Origin: an uncultured Kiritimatiellota bacterium
GTDB taxonomy: Bacteria; Verrucomicrobiota; Kiritimatiellia; RFP12; DVOR01
Reading direction: 5' to 3'
Assembly: GCA_944391085.1 (NCBI GenBank)
Contig: CALXSE010000002.1
Span: 10,450 to 74,449, forward strand
DNA length: 64,000 bases
Of the stretch, positions 26,965-36,550 are shown one piece after another; within the stretch, counting starts at the first letter, position 1; the number at the start of each line of letters is the position of its first letter. The notes under the pieces were generated by a model that was not told the DNA's origin, did not search any database, and worked only from the letters and a program-made list of their open reading frames with translations. The translations under genes and the position numbers were made by a program.

Positions 26965-28079
26965 GGGCACACCACCTTTCTCTCGAGGGCCTTCAGGAGA
27001 AACTGCGCGGATTCCCTGCGCCAAGCCTCCAACCCTGCCTCCACTGACATCCAATCGATCGGCGCCTTCGCCTGGCTGACGATTCGCGTGGGATCCCCGT
27101 TTTCAACGATGCGGTCGCGGAGACCGACCCGGTCGAGCAGGGAGACAAGGCGATCGTTCATCCGAGCGTATCGGCCGACGAGCGGGAGCACCAGAAAGGG
27201 GCGGTGGAAATGCAGCGCGAAGACGACACAATGGAAGGAATTGGTCAAGACGCACGTCGCCGAACGGACGGCGTCCAGCCACTGGGCCGGGTTGACGGCC
27301 CGCGTCCGCGTCAGATTGGACAGTGGCCTGTAAGAGAACGGGATGACGCTGCTCAGGCCCAGCCCCCGCTCCAACGCGCGCCGTGCGGTCGCCTCGGAAA
27401 CAACGGTTTGCCACCGGTAACCGTAACACAGCAGGAGGCGCTCCGGCCACCGCGAAGGGGTCTCGTCTGCCAACGCATCCCAGAACGGCCTCCGATGGAG
27501 CAGGGTCGGGTCGCAGACCCAGGCCGCGTCCTCCCGTCCCAGCCGCCGGGCGGCCTCGCACCCGGAGGTTTCCCGCAGGCTGACGGCGTCAAAGCGCCCC
27601 AACAGGTCGCGGACGACGGGCTTGGCAGGTTCCGGGAAATCCCCCGCGCCGATGCTGGCGGCGTAGGCGATCCGGATGGCCTCCCTCGGCCCGAAGTTAA
27701 GAAAATAGAAGTCCCGCTTTGCCGGGTCCTCCCCGCCCGCGCACCCCCAAATCTGGTCGCTTCCACAAAGGTAGGCATCGCACGGCGTGGGCGCTCGGAC
27801 AAACGCATCGAACGGCCTGTGCCCATTGGGGTCGAACGCATAGTGCCTGTCCCAAAATCGGACGAAGCTGTTCCGTCTGCGGTTTTCCTGTATCTTCCGG
27901 GTGGGATGGTTGAAAAGCTCGCCGAAATACCGGATCCAGAAAACCCGGCCGACCGGCGCCGTATTCAGCAAAATGGGCGTGTGGCCGTGCTGCCGCAACC
28001 ATTCCTGGGTGGCGATGGCCTGGAAGGTGCCGCCGTAATTGTCGTTGTCGTGCGCAAGCGTGGCGATGCCGACTTTCAT
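26961..28079 (-). CDS. Polysaccharide pyruvyl transferase (CsaB/WcaK family)
   Basis: Starts at MKVGIATLAHDNDNYGGTFQAIATQEWL. Also has YLCGSDQIW, and TNSFHCVVFALHFHRPFLVLP is characteristic of the PS_pyruv_trans family. The upstream 177 codons of the tracked ORF are shadow. Confidence 0.8.
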   Translation of the reverse strand: MKVGIATLAHDNDNYGGTFQAIATQEWLRQHGHTPILLNTAPVGRVFWIRYFGELFNHPTRKIQENRRRNSFVRFWDRHYAFDPNGHRPFDAFVRAPTPCDAYLCGSDQIWGCAGGEDPAKRDFYFLNFGPREAIRIAYAASIGAGDFPEPAKPVVRDLLGRFDAVSLRETSGCEAARRLGREDAAWVCDPTLLHRRPFWDALADETPSRWPERLLLCYGYRWQTVVSEATARRALERGLGLSSVIPFSYRPLSNLTRTRAVNPAQWLDAVRSATCVLTNSFHCVVFALHFHRPFLVLPLVGRYARMNDRLVSLLDRVGLRDRIVENGDPTRIVSQAKAPIDWMSVEAGLEAWRRESAQFLLKALERKVVCP

Positions 28080-29038
28080 GCGTGCGCCTCCTTGCCGCGC
28101 AGGAGCAACAACAGCAGATGCCACTGCCATTTGGGCGAAAACGCGAAGAGGGAGAGAACCCGGTCTCGAAGCAGCCCGGCCGTCAACGAATCGGACAGAG
28201 GGGCCAGCTCGGCCAGTTCCGGGTTGTCTTCCGACGCATTGCGGACGCGCTTCCACATGTTCTTGAGAATGCGCGGGAAAAGTCTGCGGGCAAAAAGCCT
28301 GGCCGCGGTGCGGTCGCCGCGCGCATCCTGATGGAGATGGCGGACAATCCAGGCATACGTGCGCAAATCGGAACATGTCACGGGATGGCGCAGCAAGGAA
28401 TTGGGCGTCTGGGAATAAAAGTGGAGGGGCGCATGCAGCCACACGCCGCAGGAGACCCGCCGCAGGAAGCGATAGGTGAAGTCCAGATCCTCGTAACGCA
28501 GGCCAGGGACAAACCGGAGCGTCCCCAACGCAGCGCGGCGATAGACGAAACGCCAGATGTCCGGGCTCTCGTTGCGCCGCAAAAACGCCCGAAGCGGATG
28601 GGGCATCCATTGGGTGGGCACGGCGCCGCCCTCGGCGTAAACGACGTCGGCCTCGGCGGGATGAGCCTCCGGCGGGACTTTCAGATAGTCCACAAGCGCG
28701 AAGTCCGCACGGCGATCCCCCAGCGCGGCAACGGCCAACTCAAGCAACTGCGCGTGGATGAAGTCGTCCGAATCCAGGCAATAGACAAACGGCGCCGCGG
28801 TGGCACGCAACCCGGTGTTCCGGGCGACGCTCAAGCCCTGGTTGGGCTGTGAGATCAGGCGGATTCGCCCGTCTTGGCGCACCTGTTCGGCCACCCATTC
28901 GGCGGAACCGTCCGTGCTGCCGTCGTCGACGCAAACGATTTCCAGGTCGCGCAAGCGCTGTTCCCTGACGGAACCCAGGCAACGGGGAAGCCAGCGGGAC
29001 GTGTTGTATACCGGGATAATGACGGAGACCAGGGACAT
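28076..29038 (-). CDS. Family-2 glycosyltransferase
   Basis: Contains SVIIPVYNTSRWLPRCLGSV, IVCVDDGSTDGS and YCLDSDDFI (DxD). It has an ATGA overlap with the pyruvyl transferase gene. Confidence 0.85.
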   Translation of the reverse strand: MSLVSVIIPVYNTSRWLPRCLGSVREQRLRDLEIVCVDDGSTDGSAEWVAEQVRQDGRIRLISQPNQGLSVARNTGLRATAAPFVYCLDSDDFIHAQLLELAVAALGDRRADFALVDYLKVPPEAHPAEADVVYAEGGAVPTQWMPHPLRAFLRRNESPDIWRFVYRRAALGTLRFVPGLRYEDLDFTYRFLRRVSCGVWLHAPLHFYSQTPNSLLRHPVTCSDLRTYAWIVRHLHQDARGDRTAARLFARRLFPRILKNMWKRVRNASEDNPELAELAPLSDSLTAGLLRDRVLSLFAFSPKWQWHLLLLLLRGKEAHA

Positions 29039-29053
29039 GTGACACTCCACTCC

Positions 29054-29905
29054 TCATGCGCGGAACCTGCCGCGCGTGGCGATGAAATAGGCTTGCCAGG
29101 GGCGGCACCCGCGCGGGATGATTTGGCGGTGGATCTCGAAAGGGGCAAGGGAAACCGGGCGCATTCCCTTTCGCATGGTGAGCGCGGCGACATACCCGGC
29201 TTCACGGACCAACTCGACCGTTTCTTCCGTGAAGCCCCCGCAGGGATAGGCGAACGTCGCCGGCAGGCGCCCCACGATCTCGCCGAGCCAGGCGCGGTTC
29301 TCCTCGATCTCCCGCTTCGCGACCGCCGCCGAGACCTCGGAAAGCACCGTGTGATTGGCCGTGTGCCCGCCGAACTCGATCAACCCTGAATCCGCCATCT
29401 CGCGAATCTGTCCCGCAGAGAGGAAGTGTGTGGGGTCCGCCGCCCCGCGGTTGGTCACGTAGCACGTGGCCTTTGCGCCCAATTCGCGCAAAAGCGGGAA
29501 GAGCGTCGTGTAATTGTCGACGAACCCGTCGTCGAAGGTCAGGGCCACGCGGCGGCTCCCGGGGTCGAAGAGCACCTCGCTGACGGTATGGAAGGTGTAG
29601 CCCGCGCGGCGAAGGTCGAGGATCAGGCGCGCCAGCTCGCCCGGGCGGATGGAATTGTTCGGGCAGACCGGATCCACCACGGCCTCGGAGACCGCATGGA
29701 GCATCAAAAACAGCGGGCATGCCCGGGGCGCCCTTGGCCGCCACCACGCGACACGGAGCGACGCCACCAGGCCAACGGCCCCCCACAGCGCCATGGCGCC
29801 GATACGCACCGCCCATGGCGCAGGCATCAGGCACGCGACAAGCGCCCCCGCTAGCCAGACGGCGAGGCCAAGCCAGATCGCCCGCTCATAAGGGAATCCC
29901 TGCAT
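29054..29905 (-). CDS. Membrane-anchored polysaccharide deacetylase (NodB homology domain)
   Basis: Two N-terminal TM helices, then LTFDDGFVDNYTTLFPLL and GGHTANHTVL (NodB motifs 1-2). Confidence 0.85.
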   Translation of the reverse strand: MQGFPYERAIWLGLAVWLAGALVACLMPAPWAVRIGAMALWGAVGLVASLRVAWWRPRAPRACPLFLMLHAVSEAVVDPVCPNNSIRPGELARLILDLRRAGYTFHTVSEVLFDPGSRRVALTFDDGFVDNYTTLFPLLRELGAKATCYVTNRGAADPTHFLSAGQIREMADSGLIEFGGHTANHTVLSEVSAAVAKREIEENRAWLGEIVGRLPATFAYPCGGFTEETVELVREAGYVAALTMRKGMRPVSLAPFEIHRQIIPRGCRPWQAYFIATRGRFRA

Positions 29906-29914
29906 TGCCTTGCC

Positions 29915-30814
29915 TCAGCCCCTGTCGATTCGATTATGCGTAAAGGCCCCCTCGGGGAGCCCTATCCGGAAGTGTTGGCGGCGCCACCACCACCGATTGA
30001 GCGGGGGCTCCAAAGTCTGCAACGTGTTGTGCTCCGCGTTCACGAAGTGGCTGGAAGGGTGCGCCTCGGCATAATCCAACAGCCGCCCCATCAGGTCATG
30101 GGAAAGCAACGTCGCCTGGTTTGTCCACGGGAGCACCCAGCTGTCCACGGCGAAGAAGTCCGGGCCGATGCGCTTGATGAACCGTGGGAACAGGCGTTCC
30201 GGATACCGCTCGATATAGGGGCTGCGGCCTGCCCAGCGCAAGGCCTTCCAGGGCCTGCACAGCCTCCGCAAGGCCTTCACCCAGGCCGGGGACACGTCCA
30301 AGGTCTCCGTGTCGGCCCAGCGAGGGTCCGGTTCCCTCACCGGCCAAAAGCGCGAGTACATACCGGCGAAACGGTTTTGCGGCCCCGGGTTGTAACGGTT
30401 GCGGAAACGCACCAAATCCACGCGCCCGGCCTCCAAATGCGCCATTGCCTCGGTGAACTGGGCTTTCAGGCTCCCGGGCGGCACGCACACGGGGAAATCG
30501 TTCTCAAGGACGATCATGTAGTCCGTCTTCAACGTTTCCCAAATCCATCTGAAACCGCCCTGGATGCCCAGGTTGTCCGGACGCGCCACGCTCCGCACCC
30601 CCAGGCCGTCGCTCAATGCCACGGCCTCGGGCGTCGCCGCCTGCCAGCAGATCACGGCATCGTCAAACAGCTCGTAAAGCCCGCTCCGCAAATGGCTTTC
30701 CAATGTTTGCCGAGTGGTCTCAAGGGCCTTGAAGCCCAAAATCGCCACGCCGACGGTTTTCCCATATGGCCGCCCAATGGGAGACTTGCCAACCGTTTTC
30801 GTCTTGCCAATCAT
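29915..30814 (-). CDS. Hypothetical protein, first gene of the polysaccharide operon (possible GT-A-like enzyme)
   Basis: I prefer the ATG at 30814 (GGTGGAG upstream) over the GTG at 30829. YMIVLENDF could be a DxD-type motif. I cannot make a secure family call. Confidence 0.45.
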   Translation of the reverse strand: MIGKTKTVGKSPIGRPYGKTVGVAILGFKALETTRQTLESHLRSGLYELFDDAVICWQAATPEAVALSDGLGVRSVARPDNLGIQGGFRWIWETLKTDYMIVLENDFPVCVPPGSLKAQFTEAMAHLEAGRVDLVRFRNRYNPGPQNRFAGMYSRFWPVREPDPRWADTETLDVSPAWVKALRRLCRPWKALRWAGRSPYIERYPERLFPRFIKRIGPDFFAVDSWVLPWTNQATLLSHDLMGRLLDYAEAHPSSHFVNAEHNTLQTLEPPLNRWWWRRQHFRIGLPEGAFTHNRIDRG

Positions 30815-31554
30815 CGCCAAGCACTCCACCCTGAAACGTCAGGCAATCACTCCTCTTTCAACGACAAGAAGCGGTAGCCGATACCGACCAAAACCTCTTC
30901 ACGCACGTCTGGGATTATAATACAGTTTGCCGCCGCTCTGCAAACGCCGGCAAAGCGCCTTCCCTTAAACCGAGGCAGGGAGCGCATGGGCGCCCAACGA
31001 AAGACAATGGGCAATCGATGAGACCTGACCTTCCCTTTCAGCGTATGCCTTGCCCTCGGCCCATGCCCTCGAGTCCCACCTGCCGCATTCGCCTACGCCC
31101 GTTTTACTATTATATTATTGACCGCGTCAGCGGAGTAACGGTTGCCTTTGCGCTGGGGTGCGGCGCGGCGCACCACATTGATGGAGCGTACGCGATGTCT
31201 CGCCATCCGGTATGAGCGACCTCGGTTCCCTCACCTCTCTTTCATCAAGCCGTCCCCCTACCCTTGCGCTGTCCAATGCCTGTCTCCTTGCCGGTTGGTG
31301 GACGCGTGGGCGAACGGGATTCCCTGAGCGATGGATTTCCCCCGTCGTCTGACGATGGAGGCCCGCGCCCTGGCTTGCGGCGGGCAGGAGGCCCTTGGCG
31401 CCCCGCCCACGCCGCAGACGGCGAGCCGACTATGCGTTCCCGCAAACCCGCCGTGTTCCGTGCGCGTCTCGCACGTGCTCCCAGGGGAATGAACGCATCT
31501 GCGCACGGGAGACTGCGCCCTCATGAAAAACTTACATTCTTGGCGGACTTTTTC

Positions 31555-31584
31555 TTGCCGTTTGCGGTGTGACTATGATAAAAT
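31555..31584 (+). promoter_or_regulatory. Promoter TTGCCG-18 nt-(TGA)TAAAAT upstream of oadG
   Basis: An extended -10 at 31576-31584 lies 60 nt before the oadG ATG. Confidence 0.4.
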
Positions 31585-31644
31585 AGACGTGATTTTTTGG
31601 TGGCGGCGTGCGCCCCCGAAATCACCCTACAAACGAGGTCCGTT

Positions 31645-31872
31645 ATGCTTCAGCAAGGTCTGGTTCTTCTCGTCGCAGGCATGGGCATCGCCATCCTGTT
31701 TTTGTTTGTCCTTTCGTTGGTGACGACCGGCATGAGCGCGTTGTTGCGCGCGTTCCCGGCGCTCAACGTGTTGCCGGACCCTGAGCCGAAGAAAGCCGCC
31801 GCGCCGAAGTCTGCCGGCTCCGAGGACGCGGCCGTCGCCGCGGCCATCGCCATCGCGCTGAAGCGCAAGTAA
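31645..31872 (+). CDS. oadG: Oxaloacetate decarboxylase gamma subunit
   Basis: MLQQGLVLLVAGMGIAILFLFVLSLV is a single TM helix typical of OadG. An Ala/Pro/Lys-rich tail follows. It lies immediately upstream of oadA. Confidence 0.7.
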   Translation: MLQQGLVLLVAGMGIAILFLFVLSLVTTGMSALLRAFPALNVLPDPEPKKAAAPKSAGSEDAAVAAAIAIALKRK

Positions 31873-31918
31873 TCGCCCCTTTCCCCCACCCCACCAAGAA
31901 AGTTCAGGTCTCACAGCA

Positions 31919-33709
31919 ATGAGCAAGAAGATCAAGTTCATGTGCACCGCGTTCCGCGACGGCTTCCAGTCCGTGTATGGCGCGCGCGTCCTTTCCAAGG
32001 ATTTCATGCCCGCGGTCAAGGCCGCGTACGATGCGGGTATCCGCTGGTTCGAGGCCGGTGGCGGTGCGCGTTTCCAGAGCTGCTACTTCTATTGCCGCGA
32101 GGATGCGTTCGATGTGATGGACGCTTTTCGCAAGGTTTGCCCGGACGCGGATTTGCAGACGCTCTCGCGCGGCGTGAACGTGGTGGGCCTGGACAGCCAG
32201 CCTTCCGACATCATCAAGCTCCACGCCGACATGTTCAAGAAGCATGGGATGACCACCATCCGCAACTTCGACGCGCTCAACGACGTGAACAACCTGAAGT
32301 GGTCCGGCCAGTGCATTCACGACGCGGGCCTGAAGCATGAGGTGACCGTCACGATGATGGGCCTGCCCCCCGGCGTGGACAACAAGGGCGCGCACACCCC
32401 CGAGTTTTATGCCGAGCGCATCAAGCAGATCCTGAAAGCCGAGATCCCCTTTGACCGCGTCTGCTTCAAGGACGCCTCCGGCACCACCCCGCCCCGCGTC
32501 GTCTACGAGACCATCAAGCAGGCCCGCAAGCTGCTGCCCAAGGGCACGCACATCCAGTTCCACTCCCACGAGACCGCCGGCAATGGCCTGACCTGCTACC
32601 TGGCGGCCCTCGAAGGCGGCGCCGACGGCATCGACCTCTCCCTGGCGCCCGTCTCCGGCGGCACCTGCCAGCCCGACGTCATCACGATGTGGCACGCGCT
32701 CCGCGGCTCCGAGTTCGACCTGGACATCGACATCGAGAAGGTGCGCGCGGCCGAGGAGACCTTCAAGGAGTGCATGAAGGACTACTTCCTGCCCCCGGAG
32801 GCCGTCCATTCCAGCCCCGTCATCATCTGGTCGCCCATGCCCGGCGGCGCCCTCACGGCCAACACCCAGATGCTCCGCGACAACAACCTGATGGACAAGT
32901 ACGACCAGATGATCGACGAGATGTACGACTCCGTCCGTTGCGGCGGCTTCGGCACCTCCGTCACCCCCGTCTCGCAGTTCTACTTCCAGCAGGCCTTCAA
33001 CAACGTCATGTTCGGCAAGTGGAAGAAGATCGCCCCCGGCTACGGCAAAATGGTGCTCGGCTACTTCGGCAAGACCCCCGTCGCGCCCAACCCCGAGGTC
33101 GTCAAGATCGCCTCCGAGCAGCTCGGCCTGCCGCCCACCACGAAGACGGTCATCGAGATCAACGACGCCGACGAAAAGAAGGGCCGCAAGGCCGCCGAGA
33201 AGATGCTCGCCGACGCCGGGCTGCCGGTGACCGACGAGAACGTCTTCATCGCCGCCTCCTGCCTGGAGAAGGGCATCGCTTACCTCAAGGATCCCGCGAA
33301 CGCCCCGCTCGGCATCCGCCTGAACGAGAAGCCCGCCGCCAAGGCCGGCAACGGCCCCTGCACCGTCACCCTCAACGGCAAGCCCTACGGCGTTGAGATC
33401 AAGGACGGCAAGGCCATCGTCAACGGCAAGGCCTATGACTTCTCCGTCGCCGACGGCATCGCCGCCGCGGCGCCCGCGGCCGCCACCGGTTCCGCCGGAG
33501 ACACCCAGATCACCGCGCCCGTGCCCGGCCTGATCCTGCGCGTCACCGCCCAGCCCGGCACCGCCGTCAAGGCCGACGACGAAATCCTCGTCATGGAAGC
33601 CATGAAGATGGAAATGCCTATCAAGGCCCCGAAGGACGGTGTTGTCGCCTCCATCCCCGTCTCCACCGGCGACAAGGTGAACACCGGCGACATCCTCGCC
33701 ACGATGTAA
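31919..33709 (+). CDS. oadA: Oxaloacetate decarboxylase alpha subunit (carboxyltransferase + biotinyl domain)
   Basis: FRDGFQS (TIM-barrel carboxyltransferase), HSHETAGNG, and the C-terminal biotinylation motif VMEAMKMEMPI. Confidence 0.9.
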   Translation: MSKKIKFMCTAFRDGFQSVYGARVLSKDFMPAVKAAYDAGIRWFEAGGGARFQSCYFYCREDAFDVMDAFRKVCPDADLQTLSRGVNVVGLDSQPSDIIKLHADMFKKHGMTTIRNFDALNDVNNLKWSGQCIHDAGLKHEVTVTMMGLPPGVDNKGAHTPEFYAERIKQILKAEIPFDRVCFKDASGTTPPRVVYETIKQARKLLPKGTHIQFHSHETAGNGLTCYLAALEGGADGIDLSLAPVSGGTCQPDVITMWHALRGSEFDLDIDIEKVRAAEETFKECMKDYFLPPEAVHSSPVIIWSPMPGGALTANTQMLRDNNLMDKYDQMIDEMYDSVRCGGFGTSVTPVSQFYFQQAFNNVMFGKWKKIAPGYGKMVLGYFGKTPVAPNPEVVKIASEQLGLPPTTKTVIEINDADEKKGRKAAEKMLADAGLPVTDENVFIAASCLEKGIAYLKDPANAPLGIRLNEKPAAKAGNGPCTVTLNGKPYGVEIKDGKAIVNGKAYDFSVADGIAAAAPAAATGSAGDTQITAPVPGLILRVTAQPGTAVKADDEILVMEAMKMEMPIKAPKDGVVASIPVSTGDKVNTGDILATM

Positions 33710-33730
33710 GTGACCCAAGGAGAACCCTCC

Positions 33731-35626
33731 ATGTTCAAGCATATCACTCTGGGTCTTGCCCTGCTGATGGGGGTCTGCGCCTTTGCGCAGGCGCCCCAGG
33801 CGGCAAAGGCCGACAAACCGAAGGTGACGTATGACAAGGACGCCGTCTATTATTTTGACGGCAAGCCCCTGACCGCCGACGAGGCCGTCACCCGCGTCAA
33901 GCGCGCCATCGCGGAGGCCCAAACCGACCTCGTGTTCATCAAGGACGCTATCTCGCAAGGCCAAAAGACGGCCGTCGACGGAACGCCCCTTGAGAAAATC
34001 AAGACGAAGCTCGAAGTGCAGCTCCAGCTTGGCGAGGACTTCCTCAACAGCCAGGCCAACTCCTTCGAGGGGGTCAATTCCATCGTCCAGCTCGTCAAGA
34101 TGCGCCGTCAGGTGCTCCAGGCCAACGACAAGGCCGTGGCCGAGCCCAATGACTCGCACATCCGCCTGCACGGTTCTTACATCCACATCACCAACGGGTT
34201 CATGACGACCGACGACACCCCCGGCGCCGTGAAGGAAGAGTACGAACCCTATAACTACTACGTGAACGACAAGGGCGAGCGCCAGCTCAAGTTCCCCGAC
34301 CTTCTCGGCAAGCAGATCGACCTGCCCACCGTCAGCGGCGTCATCCACTCCCATCAGGTTGGCGATTGGCAGCTCATGGTCAAGCGAATCAAGGATCTCT
34401 GGAGCTCCACCGGCATCATGGGCTTTACCCTCAAGGATCCCGAGCCGCCGCGCGCCAATCCCGACCCGCTCCCGTCTGCCCATCCCGACACGGTGTTGCC
34501 TTTCGGCATCAGCCAGCTGGTCATGATCGCCGTCTGCCTTCTGCTCATCTACCTGGCCATCGTCAAGGAGTTCGAACCCCTTCTGCTTCTGCCGATCGGC
34601 TTCGGTGGCCTGCTCGCGAACATCCCTTACGCCGGCATCACCGCAGGCCCCCTGCTGGATACGATGGGCAACGTCGTCGAGCCGGGTGGCTTTCTCTACT
34701 ATACCTTCGATTTCGGCGTGAACAGCGGCCTCTTCCCCATCCTCATCTTCATGGGCGTGGGCGCGATGACCGACTTTGGCCCGCTGATTGCCAATCCCCG
34801 CACGGCCCTCCTCGGCGCCGCCGCCCAGCTGGGCATCTTCACGGCCCTCCTCGGCGCGCTCGCCCTGACGCTCTGCTTCGACAGCATCAACTTCTTCATC
34901 ACCGATGCGGCCTCCATCGGCATCATCGGCGGCGCCGACGGCCCGACGGCCATCTGGCTGACCACCAAACTTTCGCCGGACCTGCTTGGCGCGATTGCCG
35001 TGGCCGCCTATTCCTACATGGCCCTCGTCCCCGTCATCCAGCCCCCGATCATGAAGCTCTGCACCAACAAGGAAGAGCGCCTCATCAAGATGAAGCAGCT
35101 CCGCCCCGTCACCAAGATGGAAAAGGTGCTCTTCCCCATCACGGTGCTCCTGCTCTGCGCGGCCTTCCTGCCTTCCGCCGCCCCGCTCATCGGCGCGGTC
35201 ATGCTGGGCAACCTCGCCAAAGAATGCGGCGTCGTCGATCGTATCTCCGACACGATGGCCAACAGCCTCATCAACATCGTCACCATCCTGCTGGGGCTTT
35301 CCGTGGGCTCCAAGCTCGCCGCCGAGAAGTTCCTCACCTTCGAGACCCTCGGCATCCTCGTCCTTGGCGTCGTCGCCTTCGGCGTGGGCACCGCTGGCGG
35401 TGTCTGGATGGCCAAGTTGATGAACCTTTTCGTCAAGGACAAGATCAACCCGCTCATCGGCTCCGCCGGCGTTTCCGCCGTGCCGATGGCCGCGCGTGTC
35501 TCCAACAAAGTCGGCCTGGAATACGACAAGACCAACTTCCTGCTGATGCACGCGATGGGCCCGAACGTCTCCGGCGTCATTGGTTCCGCCGTCGTTGCCG
35601 GCGTCCTCTTCTTCTGCTGCCGCTGA
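33731..35626 (+). CDS. oadB: Na+-translocating decarboxylase beta subunit with about 240-aa N-terminal extension
   Basis: The ATG at 33731 follows AAGGAGA. The conserved [21 protein letters not shown] falls at about residue 279 instead of about 40. The extension begins with a signal-peptide-like [21 protein letters not shown]. Confidence 0.85.
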   Translation: MFKHITLGLALLMGVCAFAQAPQAAKADKPKVTYDKDAVYYFDGKPLTADEAVTRVKRAIAEAQTDLVFIKDAISQGQKTAVDGTPLEKIKTKLEVQLQLGEDFLNSQANSFEGVNSIVQLVKMRRQVLQANDKAVAEPNDSHIRLHGSYIHITNGFMTTDDTPGAVKEEYEPYNYYVNDKGERQLKFPDLLGKQIDLPTVSGVIHSHQVGDWQLMVKRIKDLWSSTGIMGFTLKDPEPPRANPDPLPSAHPDTVLPFGISQLVMIAVCLLLIYLAIVKEFEPLLLLPIGFGGLLANIPYAGITAGPLLDTMGNVVEPGGFLYYTFDFGVNSGLFPILIFMGVGAMTDFGPLIANPRTALLGAAAQLGIFTALLGALALTLCFDSINFFITDAASIGIIGGADGPTAIWLTTKLSPDLLGAIAVAAYSYMALVPVIQPPIMKLCTNKEERLIKMKQLRPVTKMEKVLFPITVLLLCAAFLPSAAPLIGAVMLGNLAKECGVVDRISDTMANSLINIVTILLGLSVGSKLAAEKFLTFETLGILVLGVVAFGVGTAGGVWMAKLMNLFVKDKINPLIGSAGVSAVPMAARVSNKVGLEYDKTNFLLMHAMGPNVSGVIGSAVVAGVLFFCCR

Positions 35627-35643
35627 TTCGCGGCGACGCAAAA

Positions 35644-35673
35644 GGCCACCCGAGCGATCGGGTGGCCTTTTTT
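35644..35673 (+). terminator. Intrinsic terminator of the oad operon
   Basis: GGCCACCCGA-gcga-TCGGGTGGCC followed by TTTTTT. Confidence 0.85.
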
Positions 35674-35785
35674 GTTTGTCTTTCCATCCTTGCAAATCGA
35701 AAAAGCTTGTTTAATGAAGCGCAATGTGATACACTAATGGAGTTTTCTTTTCCTACACACAACCACAACCCCACCAAAATAAGAT

Positions 35786-35819
35786 ATAAAACGGCCTAGC
35801 CGGGCAAACCGGCTAGGCC
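35786..35819 (-). terminator. Intrinsic terminator downstream of uppS
   Basis: On the minus strand, GGCCTAGCCGG-tttgc-CCGGCTAGGCC is followed by GTTTTAT. Confidence 0.65.
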
Positions 35820-35845
35820 ATTGTCATTTTGTCGCCTTTATACGG

Positions 35846-36550
35846 TCAGCGCTTCTCTTGGGAGAGCCCGCCATAACGGCGGTCACGCTTGGAAAAAGCC
35901 TCAAGCGCGGCCTGGAAATCCGCCTCGCGGAAGTCGGGCCAGAGGGTCTGCGTCACGTACAGTTCGGCATAGGAGGCTTGCCAAAGCAGGAAGTTGCTCA
36001 GCCGCAGTTCCCCGCTGGTGCGGACGATGAGATCCGGGTCCGGCACATCGGGCAGATAGAGGTGTTTGGCCACGGCGGCCTCGTCGATCGTCGCAGGGTC
36101 CAGCTTGCCTTGCGCCGCGAGGGTGGCAAGCGCCTGGGCGGCGTGCGCAATTTCGGTGCGCCCGCCATAGCTGAGGCAGAGGATCAGCTGGCGTTCATAA
36201 CCCGCAGTAGCCTGCTCCACGCGGGCCAGTTCGGCGTTGACCGCAGGCGGCAGGTCGCTCCGCCGCCCCATGATGCGCAGGCGGACACGGTTTTCGTGGA
36301 GCATCTTCTCCTCTCCGGAGAGATAGGCCACAAGCAGGTGCATCAGCGCTTCCACCTCTTCTTTCGGCCGCGACCAATTCTCGACCGAAAAGGCATAAAG
36401 CGTGAGGTATTGGATGCCGGCGTCACGGCAGTATCCCAACACGCGCCGGACGGTTTCCCCGCCGGCGCGATGCCCCTCCGAACGCGGCAGGCCGCGGGCC
36501 TTCGCCCAACGGCCGTTGCCGTCCATGATAATGGCCAGATGCCGAATCAT
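35846..36550 (-). CDS. uppS: Undecaprenyl-diphosphate synthase
   Basis: Starts at MIRHLAIIMDGNGRWA. Also has AFSVENWSRP and RTSGELRLSNFLLWQASYAE. Confidence 0.9.
   Translation of the reverse strand: MIRHLAIIMDGNGRWAKARGLPRSEGHRAGGETVRRVLGYCRDAGIQYLTLYAFSVENWSRPKEEVEALMHLLVAYLSGEEKMLHENRVRLRIMGRRSDLPPAVNAELARVEQATAGYERQLILCLSYGGRTEIAHAAQALATLAAQGKLDPATIDEAAVAKHLYLPDVPDPDLIVRTSGELRLSNFLLWQASYAELYVTQTLWPDFREADFQAALEAFSKRDRRYGGLSQEKR

Noticed and set aside
25876-27333. 485-aa plus-strand ORF
   Set aside because: It is antisense to the SGNH-like and pyruvyl-transferase genes, is Arg/Pro-rich, and has no start context.
31904-35695. 1263-aa minus-strand ORF
   Set aside because: It is antisense to oadA and oadB, which have unmistakable motifs. 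It is a shadow ORF.
35737-35799. 20-codon ORF MEFSFPTHNHNPTKIRYKTA after the TGATACACT element
   Set aside because: The ATG is only 1 nt from the putative -10, too close for a leaderless start. There is no SD. I kept the region only as a weak sRNA candidate.
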